Of a stretch of 64,000 bases of DNA, positions 49,632 to 64,000 are shown piece by piece. The position numbers were made by a program, and so were the translations under genes. Origin of the DNA: Lepidodermella squamata. Lineage: Eukaryota > Animalia > Gastrotricha. Numbering within the stretch: position 1 is the first letter of the stretch; every line of letters starts with the position of its first letter. The stretch is from assembly GCA_047495785.1 (NCBI GenBank), contig JBLDXI010000021.1:1736001-1800000 (forward strand), read 5' to 3'. Under the pieces are notes generated by a model, which saw nothing but the letters and a program-made list of their open reading frames with translations, had not been told where the DNA came from and did no database searches.

Positions 49632-51714
49632 ATGTCGCGGTCCGTGATTTTTATATCAGTCTTTTTAAATTGTCTTCTTGTTGGTGCCGAATTGTTTTCA
49701 TCTTCAACCGTTTCTCCGTCGGCTTGTGTCGCCTCTGCTGTTGACGCTGGACGCCGCGTATTCGCCGCTCAGGAGATATTCTACAAATGTTACAAGGATT
49801 GTATTGGCACAGTTTTATCCAGCCAAGGAGGCTATGCAACTCATATTCCAGATTTCACGATGAATTTTATTGCCATGGCTAAAGCTTCTGCGATGTCGGT
49901 GTGTGCAAAAACTTGTTTTGATAAGGTAAGGCTCATTTGACTGAATTTTTTCAAGTGATGCGTCTCAAATTTTATAGCTTGTCGGGGAAGTAATTCCGGC
50001 CCATTTGGCTTCCCAACCGTTTGGAGTTTACGACAAAGCTGTAAAACAATTTACGGAATGCGCTTCTACCGATGCAAACGATCCTGAATACGCGGCGGAA
50101 TTGGCGCAATTCAATCTTGACCACCTTAACAAAGTTCCAGGCTTCACGGATCCGCGTCGTCGTCGGCTGTTCTCCATCTTCTATCCGGACCATTTGCAAA
50201 TGTTCTGGGCCGGTATGGCAGGCTACGATCAGTCGTCAAGCAAATGTCAGGATATTTTGATCAGCATGCGAGCTGCTCTAGCGTCTTATACCAACAATTT
50301 GAACTTGTGCCAACATTGGTGTTTGATCACTCTTGCCAGCCCGTTTGCTAAAGGCTCCGATAATTTCAATACTATGATCTCAATTGCACGTTGCCAGCAT
50401 TCTTGCTTCTACATGTTCCGTTTCGATCCGGCTCCCACGAAATCATTACTCCACCCTGCTTCAGAAATCCATCATTTCCTTCAATACTGTCTGTGGCATA
50501 CGGGTGCTCAGGCCGAAGCCTATCTGCATGCAGCTTCCTTCACTGCCTTGGAGCCGTCTGATACTTCATTATTCGATTACTACGTTGGGTCTGGTAAACT
50601 TACTCGAGATGAATTCAAGCCAAAGCCTGATGCTATCCATCTTAAAGAACAACTGTATGTCCTAAATTCTGTACTTAAAATGAGCGATGATGTCAAATCA
50701 GGCATTGTTGCCGGCGTCCCGGTTGCGATTACCTCTGTTCTGAAATCGCTGAAAGTTTACGAAAGTGGACCTACTGAGACGAAACCCAACGACGCTACCT
50801 CGGGAACTTGCGATGCTTCTTCGCCCGAATTATGTGCCATATTATCTCAATCGTCCCGCGTTGTAGGCAATTTCTCGGGTATCGACGGTCACCGTCGCTA
50901 TGTTGTTGACGATGTTCTTGAAACAAGCCAATGCGAAAGACTCGTCGCTGTGAACCTTCGCGCTGGCAAAAACGGCGACGGCTACCCTGCGACGAAGAAA
51001 AACGGCTCGCCCTACACCGATCATGAATCTTACATCGGGCTAGCCGCCCATCGTCTCGCTGAACTGGCAGCGGATGGCGTTGTATTACCTGAGGAAGTAA
51101 TGTTATATTTCGGCGTAACTGAAGCCGTCCTTCAGAAAACTAAGAAACTCTACGGCTTGAAGGAGTTGTATTTCTACTACGTCCACCTGGTATGCCGCGA
51201 AGCGATGAAAGCTAAGGGTGAAGTCGCTGTTGAAAATCGAGTTGCTACGGAAGACCCTAGCCACCCTATTCATGCCGATAATTGTGCCATTCAGGATAAC
51301 GGCGACTGCCTTTACAATGACCCATTATTGACGCCTCGTAATTACTCAGCAGTTCTTTATCTGAACGACGACTTCGAAGGTGGTGAATTTTTCTTCGCTC
51401 ATCGCCCCAACAAGACGGAAGATCGGAAGGTTTTGCCCCGTTGCGGTCGCCTTGTTGCGTTCCATGCCAGTGAATTTCACGGAGTTCGCGCTGTTACACA
51501 GGTTTGTTACATTTCCCTATCTCCAGGCTGGCATGAACATTTCTTTTTTTTTTAGGGAACTCGCTGTTCTTTGGCTATTTGGTTCACTCAGGACAAAACG
51601 AAGGAGGAGAAGGCTAGGGCTAATGCTTACAAAATTGTCTCGCAGCTTGCCGCTATGAGGAAGTCGATTCCTCCTGAGCCGGTTGGTCCAGAGGTTATCG
51701 GTCGGACTTTTTAA
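49632..51714 (+). CDS. Prolyl 3-hydroxylase / leprecan-like 2OG-Fe(II) dioxygenase
   Basis: Signal peptide, four CxxxC motifs (CYKDC, CAKTC, CQHWC, CQHSC), HLVCR, SHPIHADNC, YSAVLYLNDDFEGGEFFF, PRCGRLVAF, HGVRAVTQ|GTRCSLAIWFT. Confidence 0.88.
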
Positions 51715-53002
51715 TCTCCAGCATGACTAGCTTGACACTGAGCATCAACTCGGCTGTGAATTTCCTAAATTCAGTATTGCTCATTTATATTTGTTTGCAT
51801 TTACATTTGCTGAAGACTAAATTATGTTTGATCTTCGATCTTGCTTTATCCTGGTTGTTTCACGATCTTATGCAAGCTTTATATAAGTTTGATTCATAAT
51901 TTTTTGTTAGTCTTTCCATTTTATCGGAAACAAAACAGTGCAAAAACTAAGCATAGATGTCATCTCATTTCATTAAAGTGATTTGATCACTTCTTTATAA
52001 TGTATTCTGTGGCCATTTCGCAATTTTATGCTCTTGCTGAGTTGTGCTCTACCCCATCGAACGCTCATTTGTAAAATCTTTGCGCCTCCCAGCAATAATA
52101 CTTGCTTTTGTTTTACATTCATTCTACCTTAAAAGAAATATAGCCAATGAATTTGTTACATTCCATTTTGTTATAACATTTTGATTTGAAAACGAATTAT
52201 TGCAGCAATAAAATAACCTTGAGTTGATCAACACGAAAGTGTTATGTACCTGTTATATGTACGCGTTGCGACAAGTCAACTTTGACGGGCAGAGTGCGCG
52301 AGAACAATAAATTGATTGCGGAAACAATGCAATAGAGAGGCTCTAAATTCAGTCAAATACCGCCGCCCGAGCTTCGTCAGAACACCAGGCGTTTTTTATT
52401 TCGAATTTTGAAACACGGTTCGAACCACGTTTTATCATAGATATGTGTATTTCGACAAGATCGTGAAGTGTTCAAATTTGAATTTTGCCCATGCCTAGAA
52501 TCTTTTTTCATATTACAAGGAGCATCGATTAATAGTCATTTTAGCGTTAAAACAGCTCAGTGTCTAAGAGCCGATTAAGAGCCGATAGCTCAATTCAAAC
52601 TATAGAGGGCAATGCCAAAATAAAAGGCAGCCGTCTCTCGTTTATAACGGCTACGGCCTTGATTAATAAAAATAATTCAAGGTTCTATAATTCGGATTTC
52701 ATGGTATCTTATTTCAGGCTGTCCGGTATCTTTTACGGCTGTCTTGGCCATCGTATTCGTAATCGTATTCATGATTATCGCATGAGCTGTCCGATAAATA
52801 TATGAAGCCGAACACCTTTTTCAAATTACATCGCATTCGAATTTCAAAAGCAAGCCCCGATGAATGAGTTCAGATGACTTCCGGCGAAGACAATTCGATT
52901 CGAATGGATAGTATGTGTATTCATCTCTATATCGCTGAGCGATGAGTATACTATCTCAGTATTCGATTCATTTACCAGCTTAAAGCTTACGGTAGCATAA
53001 CT

Positions 53003-53344
53003 TGATGTTGGGGCCCGAGCCCGATTTCGGCCCGTACGCGTTCGGGCCGGCCCGTATGCGGTCGGGTAACAGACCTTTACCATTCCGCGCTCGGGCCGGT
53101 TTAAAACGTGCCCATATGCGACGTTAACTGCAAATTTAACAAATGTCAACGAAGTCCGCTCCACTGCACACAGGCCGGCCAAGGTGTTGGCGCGAACACG
53201 GCGGAGAACAATGGGAACCAGTGCTATTGTTAGTCAATCGCGGGCGCTGTGCTCGGGTCGTCGGGTTTGGTCTGGGACTTGATAAAGCTATCGGGTAGTG
53301 CGTTGGTTGTAGGATGACGGCGGCCGGATTCCAGAGGCATCCCT
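53003..53344. mobile_element. Probable non-autonomous hAT/MITE-like remnant
   Basis: GC-rich island with clustered GGCCCG/CGGGCC motifs in both orientations. The right end CATCCCT resembles hAT-type AGGGATG termini. No target-site duplication seen. Confidence 0.4.
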
Positions 53345-54326
53345 CCAAGAGCTAGCGATTAGCTTGACGTCATGGAAAAAAAACCAGAAAATTAGATGCG
53401 GCAATACTTAGCAAAATTGTGCAATACATTAATCAAAAGCATTTAATTGTATAATATTAATATTCAAAATTATGTTAATCAATTTTGAGGTCAAGAAAAT
53501 TATGAAATTTTTCTTTTGTTTCGCGGCGGCGCGAAAAACTGTTTATGGCGGTTAGTCCAAAATTGCTTGACGTTGCCGACGTACGTGATGAGGTACGCGG
53601 TACGGTACATAATACATAATAGGTGATAGCTAGGTACCGCTGAACATCTAAATCAGCCATCGGCATTTACTTGTTCCAGAAAGTTATTATATTTCTCGCC
53701 TAACATGAATAACGTCTGTTAGTCTCTGATATATGATATCTGGGTCGGACAATTCATGGATTGAACAGTTGACTGATTACTCGCTACTCCCTCGATTTCA
53801 ACCATAGACAGTCGATTCATTCTTCATTAGTAACGAAATCCTCGGCATTTTAAATATACAGCTCTGCAAAGGCGGTCTAGTATTAGGCTTGAGGCTTAGG
53901 AAGAACTTCCCGTACACTACTAACTGCTAATTGATCATTTGTCTTTACCTGCGACTCGCGACTCGTATCACAAGGCTAGGAAATCGGAACGAGACGCAGT
54001 TAAGTGGAGACTACTTGATCAAATGCGTTGAGGGCCACATTAATAAACACTGCTTGACTGATATAGTGATAGAGATGTTGACATATAAACGGTTCATTCT
54101 GGCCTGCGTGATGTAAACTACATCGTAAGCTTCGATTTTAGAATGATTGGCGATTGCAGACCTAGCTTGAATAGTGATAAAGAATATTGAACATTAAATT
54201 GCGCCATTTTGATATATGTTATGATGGCCTATCTCTAAATTCTGATACGGCGTCGAACTGTTCACGTAATCAATAATTCGATATTTCATTTCTAGTGTTA
54301 AAGATATTTGGCCGCTTCAATCAGCC

Positions 54327-54816
54327 ATGCGCACACGCAGCACCAGACAGGGCGGTAGCTCGCCAGGTAGTCCTAAGAAGGCTAGCCAAACTTCGAAGCG
54401 GCATCAATCTCCTTCTCCTAACCGCAAGGAGACAACCGCTAAACGGGCACGATCTGCGTCTCAGAAGTGAGTTGCCAATATAGAACACTTAATCTAATGT
54501 CATTTGTGATTGCTTTTCTAGGAAAGTGCAAAGTGAAAGATCCCGATCAAGGACACCCAGTCGCGCTCAAGCCAAGGCGAAGGCGAAACCCTCTCCTACG
54601 AAAGCGAAAACAATTGCTAAACGCAGCCGGTCTGCCCCTCGCACGCAAAAGACAGCTGCGACGCCTAAAACTCCCTCCGTAGTTGCCCCATCCAACACCC
54701 CGTTAACTCCCATTGCACCTGCCGCATCTCACGAACGCCCGAAGGATCATGGTACTCAAAAAGCTGGCAATGCCCAAGCCGCTGCTGCTAACAAGTGGTG
54801 GTGCAACGTCATGTGA
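54327..54816 (+). CDS. Small highly basic R/K/S-rich protein (~144 aa) ending in CaaX (WWCNVM); intron 54467-54521
   Basis: Upstream acceptor, GCCATG context, and a 55-nt GTGAGT...TTCTAG intron joining exon 1 in frame to ORF 54526..54816. Confidence 0.75.
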
Positions 54817-56099
54817 ATCGATTTATCTTATTATTTTTGAATACCTCGATGATTGCCAACGTTTCATTTTAGTGCTGCCTGGTTGCGACGAGTTTTAAGA
54901 GTATATATATTTGAATTCTATGCTGTATATTATTCATTCCTTTTCATTTTTCACCTGATCGTCAGTGTCTAATGCATTTTTTTACCGACCCTGCGCATTT
55001 TACGAATCGATCTGAGTTGCTGACTTTTTGTACGAATCAAATTTTTCTCCAGTCAATCTTTATTGATTGCGTTGTTCATGACTTTTTGGCCTTCTTGAGC
55101 CTGACGGCATCTCGAACAACGACGCGCTCCTCTTTTGTGTAAATATGCTTTAAACACGTACTAGTTGTTATGATTGTTAACGGCAGAATCATGTCGCCTA
55201 TTCTGGGCCGTGAATACTTTTGTATATTTTATCAGCGTGTTTAGCTTTTAATATTTGAATTGAACATCGTTATAACTTGTTTTGCAGTTGATTGTTTTGT
55301 TAGCTGAAGCTTGTTTGTCGACTCGCCTTTTGAAATAAATTTTTTTGTGATGAGCAATGTTATAATTGCAGATGTAGGGGTGTTATGTCCGGTAATTAGG
55401 TGTAAATGGACTACATCCCTGCTCGCCAGCCGAGTAGAGCGATACGACTCCGATTCATTAGCAAACAAGCACAGTTCAGTATCCTCCTGAGACAAGACTT
55501 GACACGCCAATAGTGCCGAACGCAGAGCTCATTGCCAACGTATATTCCATTTTTTCTTCATGAAAGCATGGAAGAGATAGAATAAACAAATGCGGCTGGT
55601 TTCGATTGGATACTAACGAACGAAGGTGCCCACATTATTCATATTTTGTTTACACATCCTTATGCCGTGCTTGAGTAAACCGCAGTTGGTACTGGTGTTG
55701 AGAGAGCAGTTAACGGCAACTCAGCGGCTGTGTAAGGCTTTTTTAGAACGCATATAAAACAATGAAGTCTATCGGCAGCATACGACAATGCAGCGCTATC
55801 AGTCGGAGAGTGCCTCCATCTAGCGCTTATATATGCAAGATAACGTCAGCACGCAATGCTCTTATCGAAAGATATCGGTCACTGGCTTTAATAAATCAAG
55901 GCGAAATAAATATTTTATTGGTCCAAAAACATGCTATCGTAGTACCTAATTTCGAGGAATCAAAAATCAATCTCAAAAATCATTGATATCACATTATTCC
56001 ACAGAAAAAAATCGAAAGTTTTTTACAACCGGAGGTTTGATTGATAAAGCACGTTCTTAAAATTGGAAATCAAATGAAGCGAAAAAATTGCTATAGAAG

Positions 56100-61370
<5,271 letters not shown>

Positions 61371-62553
61371 TGCCAACGATTCGCTCTTTTATAATCCCTC
61401 TAAATTATTTAAGTTTGAAATTTTAGGCATGAAACATCAGTGAGACAATACTTTATTCATTTTCTGATGAAACATGACTGAAAACTCATAATTATTATTA
61501 TCATTACCGTAAACATCGTTATAATAGTTATATTTGTATACAAGTTATCGAAGAATTGCAGCTATATATCAACAAGCATGTGAACATACAATAGACAGGA
61601 CGTTTCTTCGAAGAAATAGATCGGTCGATTCAACAAGAAGAAAAATAAGTGTTCGGATGAATGAAGAAAGTTAAGGTCAGGAAAATTGAATTTCGAGCAT
61701 TTCTAGTCGCTAAAGTGGTCTTAGCAGTGCACTAACTGTGATGCTATCATCTGGCGTAATAAAAATAACCGTCCACAGCGTACCCAAAGCTTAATTTCAA
61801 CACCAGTACAAAACACTAAATAATGCCCAACTCAAATATAGGAATTAGCGCGTGATAAATTGCAAGGTAGTGTATTTTTCCGGAACCTAAGGGACTTACA
61901 AAGCTAGCTTGTTCGCCATCAAAATTTTATACACTAAATAACACAAGCATGCATGGAGCAAGATTCGCAAATTTCAGACTCATCTGGCGAGGTGGTCAGC
62001 TTCACCAAACCAGCAATATCGCAATCGCGCCAGTTTAGGCCGCGATTCTGATTACTATTCAACAAGCGAGGCCTGACATTTAGCTTAGAAATAATAATTT
62101 CTCAGTAAAATTAAAAGATGCAACGAAATTACAGGTAGAAGGAACATAGAATATAGTATTTCATCTCATGTACAACATACGGCTAAAACAATACGGAAAG
62201 AGGCGAGGTGACACATGAATATGATTTCGAAACGGCACTGTAAATGCATCACCTTCTCAGACGTTAAATAGAAATGAATTATCGTTTTCAGCAACGACTT
62301 TGCCTGAACTTCCGCACGCAGTAATATAAAATAATAATAATAATAGGGACGGTTTTCAGAGTTAATTTATCATCATAATTCTGCGAACGAGATGTTCATA
62401 AGTAATAATCAACAAAGAAACTACGCCGTCGTCGACAGAAAGGCGTTCGAGGAACATGAATATTAGGGCTATTTAAGGTATTCATAACAATAAGAAATGA
62501 AAGCCTTCGAAAACAGTGCGAGAAACTATTCGGAATAATCACCACCTTCACCA

Positions 62554-64000
62554 TCACTTGGGCGCACCGCTACTGCTCGATGCTCTGCTGTCCAGAAAGC
62601 TCAATTTATCTTGTTGCTGAGAGTCCAAACTACTTTCCTCCGTACCTCCGGATGCTTCGATGGGCATTTCGTCGTTCGATTGCGAGGTGCTGACCTGATC
62701 AATCTCACATACGGCAGTATCAGGCATTTTTGCTCCAAAATCAAGCACGATCAATTTGGTGTCTTCGACTCCGTTGCGACTGCCGACAGCGCAAACAAGC
62801 CGGGTGTTGGTCGCACCCAGGCGCCAAACAACTCCACCCCGACCGGCCGATTCAAGTTCGCATAAATTACGAACAAATTCACCCTTTGCCCGCCAATCCC
62901 ATAATTTCACAGTGCCGTCATCAGACGAAGTCACAACATATCGCCCGACGACTTGCAAGGATGTCACAGCGGAGCCGTGTTTCTGAGCGCCGGCAAGAGT
63001 GAAAACACATTCTCCGGTTGTTAAGTCCCAAACTTTCACGAATGAATCAGCATTAGCAGACACCAGTAAATTTGGTGTCGCCAATTCGAGGCCCGATGTT
63101 AGAGACTGGTGACCAACAAGCACGTGGATTTGCTGCCCAGTTTTAGCATCCCAAACACGAATAGTAGCATCTAATGAGCCTGATATAACGTAGCGCTACG
63201 ATGGAGAAACAAAATAATTAATAGCAAATAACAAGAATTCGACAACTTACGCCATCAAACAAGAGGCTGTAAACACGATGGGTGTGACCGGCGAGGTTAA
63301 AAAGAGCGACGCCAGTGTCAGCATCCCATATTCTGATTGTTTGATCATACGCCCCGGAAACAATACGATTGCCTTCCATCTGTACACAACGCACTGCAGC
63401 TTGGTGGCCGACGAATACACGTTTACATAGCCCGGTTGTAACATCCCAAAGACGAACTGAGGCATCACGGGAACCACTTACGATATTGTTTCCACGAAGA
63501 CATAGGCAGCGAACCTGCCGATGAAAAATTCATTTCATTTTTCAAGTTGCCAAATTAAAACCTACAGTTGAGGTGTGTCCACTCAATGTAAATAGTAAAG
63601 TTCCTGTTTCGACGTTCCAAACACGGATGGTCCGATCAGTTGATCCACTGACCAAGGTATTGCCTGAAAGCTGGCTGCACCAGACACCACCTTGATGACC
63701 TTGTAAAATTTTGTGCACATGGCCTGTCTCAGCATTCCAAACGCGCAAAGTATGGTCGTCTGAGCCGGAAACGATCCATCGACCGTCGAATTCGAGACAA
63801 GTTATAACATGATCTTCATGGGCGCGAAGAATCATGGGATTTGTTAGAGGCCGCTTGGCCCACGCTTGCTCGACCCGCTTTTGGTAGAGGAACATCTAAA
63901 TAAAAGAGTTATTAACGATATGTATATCGCGATAACAATGTTAATCTCGTAATACCTGCTTAGGAGAGGGCGTTCCTTTGAAGTCTGAAAAGCTGTTCGA
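62554..64000 (-). CDS. FBXW7: F-box/WD repeat protein 7 (5' part outside the window)
   Basis: HEDHVITCL, IVSGSDD, GHQSLTSG, VSANADSFVKVW, TSSDDGTVKLWD, GGVVWR, CAVGSRNGVEDTKLIVLDF. Confidence 0.95.

Overview
This is eukaryotic nuclear DNA from a compact invertebrate animal genome. Evidence: GT-AG introns mostly about 48-62 nt, a COE/EBF gene with a single HLH helix 2, and metazoan-type PCGF3, SKI, ALMS and prolyl 3-hydroxylase genes. The species cannot be determined from the sequence alone. About 28 protein-coding genes lie in six strand-uniform blocks: (+) PDS5, ALMS-motif protein, two orphans with predicted lipid anchors, COE; (-) SmF, HTRA2, MRPS18C, LYAR plus two derived paralogues, PIG-X, an orphan; (+) UNC119, PCGF3-like; (-) SHPK, IDE, cyclin J-like; (+) SKI-like, PRELID, SDAD1, OAT, two PEBPs, P3H-like, a basic CaaX protein; (-) FBXW7, ABCC1. 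Two tRNA-Glu genes (CTC and TTC) sit in a COE intron. The main higher-order signal is operon-like packing: stop-to-start gaps as short as 44-162 nt, and nearly every ATG preceded by a T-rich AG splice acceptor, which suggests polycistronic transcription resolved by trans-splicing. Other points of interest: an unassigned ~270-nt structured RNA candidate at a divergent promoter (39.0-39.4 kb), zinc-finger-less LYAR paralogues with a duplicated internal domain, a protamine-like CaaX protein, and MITE-like debris at block boundaries. All gene calls come from motif recognition by eye; no database search was run.
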